DNA of 64,000 nt from a virus, in the IMG/VR virus record IMGVR_UViG_3300008110_010375. One strand, 5' to 3'. How positions within the stretch are numbered: position 1 is the first letter of the stretch; each line of letters starts with the position of its first letter. The translations under genes were made by a program, and so were the position numbers. The notes under the pieces are model-generated. The model was given only the letters and a program-made list of their open reading frames with translations. It had not been told where the DNA came from and made no database searches. Shown in pieces: positions 36,867 to 47,717 of the stretch.

Positions 36867-38323
36867 GCGACACCAATCCATACCTCGTAGGCGTCGATGA
36901 GATCTCGATGGTCAAGTTCGACGGCACCGACCAGATGTCGATCAAGCCTCAGGTCGTCGAAGTGGTCGTCTACCAATCGATCTTCTCGCCTACTCTCAAG
37001 GTGACTCTTCTTCTCAACGACTACGTCAACCTCCTCAACAACTACCCCATGGTCGGCGAGGAGACGATAACGCTTACGCTCAAGCAGCGCGGACCCGACG
37101 ACGAGCCCGTTACGTATACGGCTGAGTTCGTGGTGTCGGCGATTCGCGACATTATAGTCAACGACGGAGGCCGTCAGCTCATATACTCCATCGACTTGGT
37201 GTCGAAGGAGGCGTTTGAGAACGCGAAGACGAGGGTCTCAAAAGCCTACTACAACAACGTCGAGTCGATAATCAGGGACATCCTTAAGTCGCACCTGAAG
37301 TCGTCGAAGGACCTGATCCTCTACGACACCAAGGAGACGACCACCCAAGAGACCGTCACGAAGAAAACGCGCAAGTACGTCGTTCCAAACATAACCCCCT
37401 TCGCCGCGATCAAGTTTCTCACGAAGTACGCCGTGTCGAACGACGACAAAGAGAACTTCATGTACCTCTTCTACGAGGTTCTGAACGGCGTCAAGAGGAG
37501 CACGGTGATCACTGACTACCGCGAGTCTAGAAGCAAGACGACGAAGCCGAACTTCATATTCAAACCGCTTCAGAAGCAGACGTACCTAGGTGTCGCCGAC
37601 GGCGCCGCGAGGAAAGCCGCTGAGGAGAACCCATACTTCTTCGTGTCAAACATCGAGGCGCTCAGGGGAAACCAAGCCGCGATGGAGACCCTCGCCAAGC
37701 GCGGGTTCACCGAGTCGAGGTCGATCACCGGCATGAAGTTCAACAAGAGGTACGCGACGCTTGAGAAGATCATAGGCGGCTACTTCGAGAATGAGTTCGT
37801 CGAAGTGAACATGCACCAGAAGGATCACAAGAACACACAGTTCAAGCTCGATGACCTCAAGAACACCCTCTACCCATCGAGGCTCAACACGGACAAGTAC
37901 ATAAAGAACGTCGTCGAGCATAAAGAGGGATCGGAGACGTCCGCTAGGCAGAGATACATAGTAAACAACTACGACGATCTCAACCAACCCGCGCTCAGGG
38001 ATAAGTTCGGTAGGTCAGCGGCAGACTACTTAGCTTACAATAGCATCGACATAAGCGTCGGCATACCCACGAACTTAGACGTCAGGCCGGGAGACTTGAT
38101 CTACATTCACGTTCCTGAGTTTCACGGCTTCAACCAAGTCACCGACGATGCGTACTTGACTGGATTCTTCGTCGTGTCTGAGGTGAAGAACGTCGTCAGG
38201 ACGTCGGGTGAGACTTCGACGCTGCTGAGAGTCAACAAGGACTCGCTGCTGAACGGTATATTTGAGACTTCATCCTTCAACCTTGGCAGCGGCGCTGAGA
38301 ACATGCGAAAGATCAAAGAGTGA
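36863..38323 (+). CDS. Baseplate hub protein (gp27-like)
   Basis: YQSIFSP, PMVGEE, FYE, PGD; position between gp53 and gp5. Confidence 0.6.
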   Translation: MSDTNPYLVGVDEISMVKFDGTDQMSIKPQVVEVVVYQSIFSPTLKVTLLLNDYVNLLNNYPMVGEETITLTLKQRGPDDEPVTYTAEFVVSAIRDIIVNDGGRQLIYSIDLVSKEAFENAKTRVSKAYYNNVESIIRDILKSHLKSSKDLILYDTKETTTQETVTKKTRKYVVPNITPFAAIKFLTKYAVSNDDKENFMYLFYEVLNGVKRSTVITDYRESRSKTTKPNFIFKPLQKQTYLGVADGAARKAAEENPYFFVSNIEALRGNQAAMETLAKRGFTESRSITGMKFNKRYATLEKIIGGYFENEFVEVNMHQKDHKNTQFKLDDLKNTLYPSRLNTDKYIKNVVEHKEGSETSARQRYIVNNYDDLNQPALRDKFGRSAADYLAYNSIDISVGIPTNLDVRPGDLIYIHVPEFHGFNQVTDDAYLTGFFVVSEVKNVVRTSGETSTLLRVNKDSLLNGIFETSSFNLGSGAENMRKIKE

Positions 38324-39222
38324 TGAGGGACGACTTCTACGGCGATAAGTTCAAGTGGTTCGTCGGCGTCGTGAAGGACACGGCCGGTGACAAGAACCGC
38401 GTGCGCGTTCGCATCTTCGGTGTTCACAGGACCGACGACGTCACCGACGTATCCGACGGCGACCTTCCGTTGGCGGTGGTTCTTTACCCAACGACGGGCG
38501 GCCACACGTCGGGCGGCAACATGTCGCACGGCCTCGTAAACGGAACTTGGGTCTTTGGATTCTTCGCGGATGGAGACGACTGTCAGCAGCCCGTGATCGT
38601 AGGAGTCATGAACGGAGGCGTCGGAAGCTCGAGCGACTACCAGTCTTCGTCTAAGCTTGAGGCCGGCGCTTTAGGTGAAGCCGCGTCGGCGGTCAACTCA
38701 CCGCACCTCACGAACGTTCAAGGAAACACGAACGCTGAGAAGACATACAACATGATATATGAGCTCATCGAGCGCAGCGGTCAGTCCGGCAGCAGCATCC
38801 ACGCTCAAGTCAGCGGCATCATGGGAAACATACTCGCTGAGAGCAACTGCAACCCGACGGCGAACAACCCAAACGACGCTGGCGAGAGGTCCTTCGGCAT
38901 CTGTCAGTGGCGCGGAGGTAAGTACGACAGGCTGACTCCCCTGCTCAGGCGATACGGCGACAACCCATCGCTCGAACAGCAGGTCTCATACATGTGGGAC
39001 GAGTTCATGACGACCGAGCAGAAGGCGTACAAGCGAATCCTTGCGGCCGGCAGCTACTACGAAGCCACGATAGGGATGTGCTTCTTTGAAAGGCCTAGGT
39101 GCTACAAGGGATCCTACATCGACACGAACGACTCGACCTTCACGCCGAGGCTGAAGTACGCCGAGCAGGTGTACAACAGCTTCAAGTACTCACCTAGGAC
39201 CGTTGGGAGGGGCGACAGGTGA
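38320..39222 (+). CDS. gp5 N-terminal OB-fold fused to a phage tail lysozyme domain
   Basis: WFVGVV, RVRVRIFGVH, WVFGFFADG..QQP; GIMGNILAES, GICQW, FERP. Confidence 0.85.
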   Translation: MMRDDFYGDKFKWFVGVVKDTAGDKNRVRVRIFGVHRTDDVTDVSDGDLPLAVVLYPTTGGHTSGGNMSHGLVNGTWVFGFFADGDDCQQPVIVGVMNGGVGSSSDYQSSSKLEAGALGEAASAVNSPHLTNVQGNTNAEKTYNMIYELIERSGQSGSSIHAQVSGIMGNILAESNCNPTANNPNDAGERSFGICQWRGGKYDRLTPLLRRYGDNPSLEQQVSYMWDEFMTTEQKAYKRILAAGSYYEATIGMCFFERPRCYKGSYIDTNDSTFTPRLKYAEQVYNSFKYSPRTVGRGDR

Positions 39223-39590
39223 TAGTTGGACCAAACAAAGTTTCGATGGTGAATGAGATCTCATTCGCAACGACCAATACGCTGCGCAACGAGACCGTCG
39301 ACATTGGATCGATCGATGCGAACTACGTAGTCTCTATCGACGGCGTTATAAATGAGAATAAACCGGTCACAGGAACCTCGGCCACCGTTGTGCTCGTGGG
39401 AGGCAACGACACCTTCGTGCATGAGAAGCAACCTAGGGAACCGATGTTCTATATGACCGTTAGGCAAAAGCTGACGATCTACGCGATACTTAAGGCACTC
39501 GCTACGCGCACGGACACCGCTTCGGTCAGCGCTTCGGTGCCTATTCTAGACACTATAGTTAAAGCAACCTACACCAACTTCCGCGGTTAA
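39219..39590 (+). CDS. Degenerate N-acetylmuramoyl-L-alanine amidase-fold protein
   Basis: YVVSIDG, VVLVGG, MTVRQKLTI mirror T7-lysozyme motifs; Zn-binding His residues not evident. Confidence 0.45.
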   Translation: MIVGPNKVSMVNEISFATTNTLRNETVDIGSIDANYVVSIDGVINENKPVTGTSATVVLVGGNDTFVHEKQPREPMFYMTVRQKLTIYAILKALATRTDTASVSASVPILDTIVKATYTNFRG

Positions 39591-39592
39591 TC

Positions 39593-41578
39593 ATGGCACT
39601 TGAAGACGGATTCAACGACTTAAAAGCTAACACCAAGGGATCGACCAATCGCGAGAGCGACGGTCTGGCGGTAGGCTACAACGTCAACCAGCTCAGCGCG
39701 ACTCCATACAAGTCGTACGAAGTTTCTGTGAAGCGCGGCGGCAAGGCTTCAGACACAACGCAGGTGTTCTCCGGTCCGGGAACAGGCACCGCGACCAGCG
39801 TCGGACACCCTGAAGATACGAAGGGATTCGTCACCGACACCGGAAACAAGATCGCGATTCACGGGACACCCGGCGCCGAGTCGATCGAGATCATTCACCA
39901 CTCAGGCGCCTCGATAATGATCGACGTCGACGGGTCGATCTTCCTCATGCCCACTTCAAAGAAGGGCTTCGGCCTGCACTCCGAGAGGGGCGACGGTGTG
40001 GTGTCAGCGCAGGGCAGGTTGATCCTCAAGGGTCACAGCGACATCGTTCTTGAGACCGAAGGAAGCGTGGCGTTCAACGTCGGGCAGAACATGTTCTTAA
40101 ACGTGCAGGGCGACATGAACGTAGACGTCGGCGGGTCGTACTCAGAGTCGATCGACGGTTCGCGCAGCTCGGAAGTCGTGATGAACAGCGCGATGACGGT
40201 CGGTGGAGCTCACCGTGAGACGATCGTCGACGGCAAGAGGACGCAGGTCTCCAAGGGAGACGTAAGGTACGACGTCGGCGGAGGCTCGTACGACGTTCGC
40301 TCGGAGCAGGACATCAACCTTCACGCGCAGAAGACCATAGACATCAACAGCAAGGAAGACTCGACCTACGAGGTTTCCAGCGGTAAGCTTACTCTGTTGG
40401 CAAGCGACGATACTATCATAGCTTCAAAAGCAAACATGTACGTCACGGCCGACGACAACGTCTCGCTCGACGCGGGCGGGCTTCTTACTGAGAAGTCGGT
40501 GACCGGTCACGTGGTGTCAACGAAGGACACCCTGTTCGTCGACGCCACGAGCTTGGTCGATATAAGGTCAGCCACGACCAAGCTGAGCGCGAGCGGTGAG
40601 CTAAACACTGTAAGCGCCTGCACGAATATAAGCTCGACTGGAGTCTTGAACGTCAACTCAGGCGGAGCCATCGACATCCGTGGATCGACGATAGATTTGA
40701 ATAAAGCCGCCGCTTCGCCTCAGTCGGTTCGCACGGTCGAGGCCTCAGACGTAAGGGCTACTCCGGCTTTGACTCAACCCAACGACCCTGAATACGCCGA
40801 CGCGAACACCGTCATTAAGAACATGACCAGCCTGCTCGACGCGCCTGAGCTTCCAAAGAACGCAAAGAAGATGTCCGACAACGAGATGTCTCTCTATGAG
40901 AACGAGGGCGACACACCGAACCCAGCCGCGAAGGCGATGGCGTCGATGAATCCCGCGGGCGGATCGCCTTATTCAAAGGGAACGGAGTTTGGATCGATCG
41001 GCGACAGCGGAAACGTTGGGTTTGACGGATCGAGCAACAACACTAAAGCTGAGGAGTCACCGGTGCCTTGTCCGACGTCTTGCACCAACACTTCGACGAA
41101 GCTGTCGCGAAACTTAAGCGTCGGAGGGTTCCCGGGACTCGGTCAGCTAGCTACCAATCAAATGGGCTACTCGCAGAAGGAGATCCTTGAGAACGTGCGT
41201 CACCTCGCGTACAACATCATCGATCCGATACTGATGAAGTTTGGAAGCTCAGTCACTATACTGCACGGCATACGTCATGGGCAGGGCGGCTCAAGACACT
41301 ACGTAGGCAAGGCGGTCGACATTAGAGCTTCATCCCGTGACCACGCGGAGACCGCTATGATAGCCAAGTGGATAGTTGAGAACCTACCCTACGACAGGTG
41401 CTTCCTTGAAGCCAATCGACAGGGAACGATCCACATCCACGTTGAAGCGGCGCCGGTAGGTTCAAGAGGATCGCGCACCGTTTGGACCTGCGCCGATCCA
41501 AAGTGTCAGTCGGCCGTGTCCGGACTGCAGCTGTCGTTCGCACAGCAGGGTCTCAAGAAGATGGGGTTCTTAGCGTAA
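39593..41578 (+). CDS. gp5 C-terminal beta-helix spike fused to a peptidase M15 domain
   Basis: TPGAESIEIIHHSG, VxG beta-helix repeats; SRHYVGKAVDI...HIHVE. Confidence 0.75.
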   Translation: MALEDGFNDLKANTKGSTNRESDGLAVGYNVNQLSATPYKSYEVSVKRGGKASDTTQVFSGPGTGTATSVGHPEDTKGFVTDTGNKIAIHGTPGAESIEIIHHSGASIMIDVDGSIFLMPTSKKGFGLHSERGDGVVSAQGRLILKGHSDIVLETEGSVAFNVGQNMFLNVQGDMNVDVGGSYSESIDGSRSSEVVMNSAMTVGGAHRETIVDGKRTQVSKGDVRYDVGGGSYDVRSEQDINLHAQKTIDINSKEDSTYEVSSGKLTLLASDDTIIASKANMYVTADDNVSLDAGGLLTEKSVTGHVVSTKDTLFVDATSLVDIRSATTKLSASGELNTVSACTNISSTGVLNVNSGGAIDIRGSTIDLNKAAASPQSVRTVEASDVRATPALTQPNDPEYADANTVIKNMTSLLDAPELPKNAKKMSDNEMSLYENEGDTPNPAAKAMASMNPAGGSPYSKGTEFGSIGDSGNVGFDGSSNNTKAEESPVPCPTSCTNTSTKLSRNLSVGGFPGLGQLATNQMGYSQKEILENVRHLAYNIIDPILMKFGSSVTILHGIRHGQGGSRHYVGKAVDIRASSRDHAETAMIAKWIVENLPYDRCFLEANRQGTIHIHVEAAPVGSRGSRTVWTCADPKCQSAVSGLQLSFAQQGLKKMGFLA

Positions 41579-41579
41579 C

Positions 41580-43535
41580 ATGTCTGGTCAAATAGAAACA
41601 CTCATCGTAGACAACACCTCAACCGGCGGCAGCAACCCACGGATCGACTCAACGTCGATCGAGAATGCACCCACTTTAACTTCATCGACCTCAGCTGCTA
41701 ACAACTACATACCAACGAGCGAGACCGTCGCTTCTCGAGAATACAATGCGGACGGATCAGTGGGTGACGCCGCAAGCCCGAGCTCAAGCACGGTTCCGAT
41801 CAACAAAGACACCACCGCCTTGAAGCAGAAGGGCGACATCCACGAAGACGGTGAGTCTTCCAACCCAGACCTAAAGAACTCGACGCAGGCGTTTAAGAAC
41901 GCGGTCGGCACTTCGGCCGGCATCCTGTCGGCCGCGGCTCTCATCAAATCCACTCTACAGAACAGCAGGGCTAGGGATCCGGTCGACAACTACTACCTGA
42001 CAAACGCCGAGAAGGCCCTCCTTGCTAGGCGCGCCGGTGAATTCTCAGCGCCGGGAATAGTTCCATACGACGTCATTGAGCAGTTCTTGTACATACTCGT
42101 GACGATCAGCGAGTACCAAGACCTTTCATACATAGCCGGCGTGACTGGGGTGTATGAGTTGAATGATAGGAACTTAGTTCGCAACCCAACCGCGATCCTC
42201 AACATAAGGGAACTGTACAAGGTTGGCTACTTGGCGAACGGTTTAGCGAGCATTAACAAGCAGTTCAGCACCAGCTACCACAACGCCTCCTACGCGGCCG
42301 ACAGTCAAAACTCAATACTCGGTCCTCTCCTAGGAGTGGCTTCTTTCGCAAGCTCACCCCTCGGCGCTCTGTCTAACGTATACGGCGTTCAGCAGGCAGT
42401 ATCGTCCATCGGTTTGACCGGTACCGCCGCGACCGCCGCCGCGCTGGCTTTAACGGCCGCTTCTTCTATAACGCAGTTTCCGGGTGTCGACGTAACGTCA
42501 GGCGTAGTAGAAAGCATCGAATCACAGATCGCGACTATAATGACAACGACCGATCAGTTCGGCACACCTTCTGGATTAGGTGGGACGGCTGGTCAGCTGG
42601 CGCAGTGCTCAAGCGTCGTAAGCTCATTGACTTCGCTCGCCGCTCAGGCCCAAGAAGCGAGCTCGATAGTCGCTAAGCACGGCGTCAACGACATGGGTCC
42701 GACTGCCGCACAGCTCATGACACTGTCTAAAAAGATCAAAGCGGTCGTCGGACAGAACAACCAGCTCGCAGCGGTGACTACGGTTCCAAGCACCGCGCTG
42801 AAGCAGCAGGACTTAAAGAACCAGTTGACACAGATAAACGCGATGGTAGTCGAGCTCGCATCTGACGCAGCTTCGATAGCGTCCACCCTCGGCGGCGTCA
42901 GCGGGCCGGGAAACATAGGTCCAGCGGCTTCTATGCTTCAAAGAATCGGTGGTTACGCTCCGGCGGCGTCGATCACGCAGATAGTTTTGGGTCAAAGGGT
43001 TAGACCATCGGTCGCGTGCAGGAATCCAATGATGCAGCCGCCTTCATACGCAGGAAGGGCGTTCTTTGGCGAGAGCTCAGGCGTTCAGATCGCCACGGAT
43101 CAAATGTTCTGCAGGAGGATCGCGTCCTACCCATCAAACCAAGCTGGGTCCGGACTCATGGGATTCATGATGCAGAACTACGGGTCCTACGGCGGAGGCG
43201 ACATAAGCATCCTAGGTTTGACTTCGTTGGTAACGCTTGGAGTCTTGACGCCTCCATCTGGAGGTTCTCTCGGCGCGTCTATAGCGACCCTCGCGACAAG
43301 CGTAGCGTCGATCATGGGCGGAAGCTCGAGCTCGATCGTCGATCCAAGGAGGAGCGACAACGCCATCCCATACATGATCGCGGCGTCTTCCGCCATGGTG
43401 GGAGACACGAAGTGTCCGTTCTCAACCGGTGTTTTCACGTCGGGTTGGCAGGTGGCTTCTTCGGTGGCGAACGACCTGCAGAAGCACTCACCCACGACCA
43501 GAGCTTTTCTAGAAACCGCACGAACCTCTTTATAA
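41580..43535 (+). CDS. Large Ala/Ser/Gly-rich hypothetical virion protein
   Basis: 651 aa with hydrophobic segments, between gp5 and gp25. Confidence 0.55.
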   Translation: MSGQIETLIVDNTSTGGSNPRIDSTSIENAPTLTSSTSAANNYIPTSETVASREYNADGSVGDAASPSSSTVPINKDTTALKQKGDIHEDGESSNPDLKNSTQAFKNAVGTSAGILSAAALIKSTLQNSRARDPVDNYYLTNAEKALLARRAGEFSAPGIVPYDVIEQFLYILVTISEYQDLSYIAGVTGVYELNDRNLVRNPTAILNIRELYKVGYLANGLASINKQFSTSYHNASYAADSQNSILGPLLGVASFASSPLGALSNVYGVQQAVSSIGLTGTAATAAALALTAASSITQFPGVDVTSGVVESIESQIATIMTTTDQFGTPSGLGGTAGQLAQCSSVVSSLTSLAAQAQEASSIVAKHGVNDMGPTAAQLMTLSKKIKAVVGQNNQLAAVTTVPSTALKQQDLKNQLTQINAMVVELASDAASIASTLGGVSGPGNIGPAASMLQRIGGYAPAASITQIVLGQRVRPSVACRNPMMQPPSYAGRAFFGESSGVQIATDQMFCRRIASYPSNQAGSGLMGFMMQNYGSYGGGDISILGLTSLVTLGVLTPPSGGSLGASIATLATSVASIMGGSSSSIVDPRRSDNAIPYMIAASSAMVGDTKCPFSTGVFTSGWQVASSVANDLQKHSPTTRAFLETARTSL

Positions 43536-43538
43536 ATA
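43531..43538 (+). promoter_or_regulatory. Late promoter TATAAATA
   Basis: Immediately before gp25. Confidence 0.7.
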
Positions 43539-43542
43539 AAAC

Positions 43543-43947
43543 ATGGCTATCCAGACCCAAAGAGCGACCGCAAGGTACAAAGACTTCTACACTAACCTCG
43601 AGTCGCATCCGGTTAGGAAGGACCTCTTTGTCCTAGAAGACGCGGACTCGATCAAGACTTCGCTAAAAAACCTGCTCTTCACCGATTACGGCGAGAGGTT
43701 CTTTCAGCCCGACCTCGGCGGCGGCATCAAGCGCCTGCTCTTTGAAAACATCACCGCTGAGACAGAATACGTTCTCAAGAGGCGAATCGAGGTCACGATA
43801 AGAAACTTTGAGCCTCGAGTCAACCTCCTTGAGGTATACGTCAACGGCGTTCCGGACGAAAACGGTTACGCCGTGACCATACTTTTTTCGCTTGTAAATA
43901 ATCCGACGGTGCACACCTACAACCTGCTGCTCACGAGAGTTAGGTAA
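43543..43947 (+). CDS. gp25: Baseplate wedge subunit (gp25)
   Basis: SLKNLLFTDYGERFFQP..G, LLFE, NFEPRV. Confidence 0.9.
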   Translation: MAIQTQRATARYKDFYTNLESHPVRKDLFVLEDADSIKTSLKNLLFTDYGERFFQPDLGGGIKRLLFENITAETEYVLKRRIEVTIRNFEPRVNLLEVYVNGVPDENGYAVTILFSLVNNPTVHTYNLLLTRVR

Positions 43948-45755
43948 TGGCAAACAACTTTCTCAACACATCAGAGCTTGACTTCGCGTCCATCAAGAGC
44001 TCGCTGAAGACCTACCTCTCGGGACAGTCAAGGTTCTCCGACTACGACTTCGAGGGATCGAACATGTCGGTCCTCTTGGACATCTTGGCGTACAACACGT
44101 ACCTCAACAACTTCTACGTCAATATGGTAGGAAGCGAGATGTTCTTGGACACCGCTCAGCTTCGCGAGTCTATCGTTTCGCACGCGAAGGAGCTCAACTA
44201 CATCCCGAGCTCACGCACCTCGGCGAAGGCCGTCGTAAACGTAAGGGTAACTCCGACCGACACACCGAGCTTCATCACGATTCCTAAGTTCTATGAATTC
44301 ACCACCACGATCGACAACACCACGCTGAACTACTCGACCGACGCCGACATCATAATCTATCCCGGAAGCAACGGATACTTGGCGTCGAACGTTTCGATAT
44401 ACGAGGGTTCGGTGGTCACCGAGTACTTCACCGCGTCGAACACAACTTTCTACAGGCTTCAGTCCGAGAACATCGATACGAACTCCATAGACGTCATCGT
44501 GATCAACTCACAGTACGACAGCTCGAACTCCACTTGGCTCAAGGCTGAAAACCTCTACGGTTTAAGCTCAACCTCAAACGTATTCTTCGTTCAAGGATAT
44601 GGTTCAAACCAATACGAGCTCACCTTCGGCAACGACGTGACCGGCAGGGCGCTGGTCGATGGAAACATTGTCAAGGTAAGGTACAGGGACACGATCGGTG
44701 ACCTCGGCAACGGTGCTTACAGGTTCAGCAAAGGAGCCTCGATACAGGGCTACTCAAACGTAAGCGTAACCACGGTTACGGCGGCCGCCGAGGGATCGGA
44801 GCGTGAGTCGAACGGTTCGATCAAGTTCAACGCGACTAGGTTCTTCACGACTCAGGAGCGCGCGGTCACGGCTCTCGACTACGCGAACTTGGCTAAAGCT
44901 AGGTTCCCACAACTTCAGTCCGTCATAGCGTACGGTGGCGAGGAGATGACTCCTCCGCAGTACGGCAAAGTCGCGGTCTCCGTCAAACCGTTCGGTAGCA
45001 CGGGTCTCATATCACAGAGCCTCAAGACCAGCATAATAAACTATCTCAACACGAAGAACATCACCACGCAAGCGGTCATCGTCGATCCTGAGTACTTCTA
45101 CGTCAAGGTGGACACCAGCGTCAACTACAACACCTCGGCCACGAACAACAGCAGCGCGCAGATCGAGGCCCTCGTCAGGAGCGCGATCATAAGCTACGCG
45201 AACAACAACTTGATCGACTTCGGAGACGACCTTAGGTACTCCAAGCTCATCAAGGACATCGACGCTTCGGAGGCTTCGATCATATCGAACGAGACGCAGC
45301 TTAAGATCATCAAGCGCTGGAGTCCAACGGTCGGTGTGGCGAGCAGCTTAGACTTCACCTTTGACAATCAGCTCTACGCAGAAAGCTTTCTGTACGAGCT
45401 TCCACAGGGTCACGACCTCGTAGTCTACTCAGGAAGCTTCACTTACACCCACACCGACGGGGACGACTACGACGCGTTCATAGGAGACAACGGACTCGGC
45501 GTGCTCAACATCTACACGAATCAAAGCACCGCGACTGGATTGGTTAGAACCATCCTCTCAGGCACGGTCGGCACGGTCGACTACGACACCGGTGAGGTCG
45601 CTTTCACCGCGAACGTCAAAGCCTACACCGGAAACTACATATCGATCTACGGTAAGCTTAGAAACAAGGACATCTACGCGGTGCAGAACAAGTTCCTGCT
45701 TGTAGAGTCGTCCGACGTATCCGTAACCCTGATCCCATTCGTCGGTAACAACTGA
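43947..45755 (+). CDS. gp6: Baseplate wedge subunit (gp6)
   Basis: LDFASIK, DYDFEGSNMSVLLDILAYNTY, QERAVTALDY, PPQYGKV. Confidence 0.93.
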   Translation: MANNFLNTSELDFASIKSSLKTYLSGQSRFSDYDFEGSNMSVLLDILAYNTYLNNFYVNMVGSEMFLDTAQLRESIVSHAKELNYIPSSRTSAKAVVNVRVTPTDTPSFITIPKFYEFTTTIDNTTLNYSTDADIIIYPGSNGYLASNVSIYEGSVVTEYFTASNTTFYRLQSENIDTNSIDVIVINSQYDSSNSTWLKAENLYGLSSTSNVFFVQGYGSNQYELTFGNDVTGRALVDGNIVKVRYRDTIGDLGNGAYRFSKGASIQGYSNVSVTTVTAAAEGSERESNGSIKFNATRFFTTQERAVTALDYANLAKARFPQLQSVIAYGGEEMTPPQYGKVAVSVKPFGSTGLISQSLKTSIINYLNTKNITTQAVIVDPEYFYVKVDTSVNYNTSATNNSSAQIEALVRSAIISYANNNLIDFGDDLRYSKLIKDIDASEASIISNETQLKIIKRWSPTVGVASSLDFTFDNQLYAESFLYELPQGHDLVVYSGSFTYTHTDGDDYDAFIGDNGLGVLNIYTNQSTATGLVRTILSGTVGTVDYDTGEVAFTANVKAYTGNYISIYGKLRNKDIYAVQNKFLLVESSDVSVTLIPFVGNN

Positions 45756-47716
45756 TGCTTCCCACCGTAGAGCAGATATCGAACCTAGTCGAGAATCAGT
45801 TCCCAAGCTTCTACCATGAAGAGGGACCGAAGTTCATCGAGTTCGTGAAGGCTTACTACGAGTGGCTTGAGACCTCAGGTAAGACGAACGATCAGGGCCG
45901 AAACCTGTTCAGCCTAAGGGACGTCGACACCACAACGACGCAGTTCTTAGATGAGTTTCGCAAGAAGTATCAGTACGTCTTGCCTAAGAACGTTCCCGGA
46001 AACACACGGTTTCTTCAGAAGCACATCCTCGACCTATACAGGGCCAAGGGATCGATCGACGGTCTCAAGCTATTCTTCCGCCTGCTCTACAACGAGGACA
46101 TCGACGTATACATCCCGTCCTACGACATCCTTAAGCCGTCGGACGGTAAATGGATCGAGCGCAAGTATATCGAGGGATCGTACAGCGACTACAATCAGTT
46201 CTTTGAGAACAAGCTCATCACAGGCTCTCAGTCGGGAGCCACCGCCTACGTTGAGTCGTACGTAAAGAACTTCGTCAACGGCCGCATCATCTACCTGTTC
46301 TTCCTCAGCGACATTCAGGGAACGTTCCTCGTCGGCGAGAGGATAGCCTACGATGGTCTAGACTTCAACCTCGCTCCAAAGATCCAAGGTTCACCGACGT
46401 CTGTGACCGTCACCACGACGACTCAAGACAACGAGGTCGGCGACATTCTCCTGCCTTCGGCTGCTAACGGCAGCGGTACAGGACTCAAAGTTTTAACGTC
46501 CGCCGTCAGGATCGCGGGTTCGTCGAACGGTACGATCGACTTCAAGGTTGTCAATGGTGGTACAGGTTACACGACCTCGCCGACCATAACCGTAAGCACC
46601 GGTTCAAACACGGGCGGCACGGGAGCTACGTTCACCGGCGTCATCCTGACCAACACGGCGCCCTTCACCTACTCGCTCAGCTACATCAACAACCTGATCG
46701 GCAGGACGGCGAACCAATCCTTCAACGCGAACACCTCTGTCGCGAACTCCACGGAATACATATCTTTCGCGAACAACACATACGCGAACGGCGACTACGT
46801 TCAATACACGACCTCCGCCGGAAACACCGCTCTATCCGGATTGTCCAACGGAAGCTACTACTTCGTACGCGGCGCTAACTCCACCGCCCTTCAGCTCGCG
46901 TCCGGCAACACGATCACGTACAACACGAGTCCGATCGACGTCACCGCAGGCGCGAGCGAGACCGGTCACTTCTTGTCTCTGGTCCCGATCACGAACCTTG
47001 CGATCAACGCGGTCACCTACGGTTCGACCCTGAACAACGCCTCCCTAAGCACAGTTCTCAACCTAGCCCTCACCAGCCAGACGATAACCGTCGGCACTAT
47101 ATCGCAGCTCACGGGAATCAACATCGGTTCAGGCTACGACGGCTACGTCAACATACAGATCACCGAACCTAAGCTCGTCGGCTACGGGATTCCCGATGGA
47201 TCGGGCGGTGTCACCGGCAACAACGCAGTGGTGACCGGCAACGTCGTGTTGGGTACGGGTCTCGTTCAAAGCGCGGTCGTTAAGAACTCCGGCTACGGCT
47301 ACCACACTCAAGCGGAGCCTGTGCAGTTCTACAACTCGACACAATCCAACACATCGCAGACCACGGATACGACTTTGAACCTCGGCGCGGTCGGCATCAG
47401 CGAGGGTTTCTGGCAGGGAACGCAGAGCTTTCTCGACAGCAATAAATACATTCAAGATAGTCACTTCTATCAAGAATACTCCTATGAGATTAAGTTCTCA
47501 AAATCGATCCATAAATACATCGATATATTGAAGGAATTAGTACACCCGACCGGGAACAAAGTATTCGGTAAGACTCTCGTATCCGCGGAGAACAACGATG
47601 AAGCCGTCGACATCGACAACACCTCTACTTTGTTTAGAATCCTCGGCGCGGCTCTGTCTCCAACCACGAACACGTCGGTCGATGTGTTCACCCTCAACGT
47701 TTCAAGGCTAGTGTAA
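45755..47716 (+). CDS. Baseplate wedge initiator (gp7-like)
   Basis: FVKAYYEW, YRAKG, KPSDGKW, IQDSHFYQEYSY, LVHPTG. Confidence 0.75.
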   Translation: MLPTVEQISNLVENQFPSFYHEEGPKFIEFVKAYYEWLETSGKTNDQGRNLFSLRDVDTTTTQFLDEFRKKYQYVLPKNVPGNTRFLQKHILDLYRAKGSIDGLKLFFRLLYNEDIDVYIPSYDILKPSDGKWIERKYIEGSYSDYNQFFENKLITGSQSGATAYVESYVKNFVNGRIIYLFFLSDIQGTFLVGERIAYDGLDFNLAPKIQGSPTSVTVTTTTQDNEVGDILLPSAANGSGTGLKVLTSAVRIAGSSNGTIDFKVVNGGTGYTTSPTITVSTGSNTGGTGATFTGVILTNTAPFTYSLSYINNLIGRTANQSFNANTSVANSTEYISFANNTYANGDYVQYTTSAGNTALSGLSNGSYYFVRGANSTALQLASGNTITYNTSPIDVTAGASETGHFLSLVPITNLAINAVTYGSTLNNASLSTVLNLALTSQTITVGTISQLTGINIGSGYDGYVNIQITEPKLVGYGIPDGSGGVTGNNAVVTGNVVLGTGLVQSAVVKNSGYGYHTQAEPVQFYNSTQSNTSQTTDTTLNLGAVGISEGFWQGTQSFLDSNKYIQDSHFYQEYSYEIKFSKSIHKYIDILKELVHPTGNKVFGKTLVSAENNDEAVDIDNTSTLFRILGAALSPTTNTSVDVFTLNVSRLV

Positions 47717-47717
47717 T

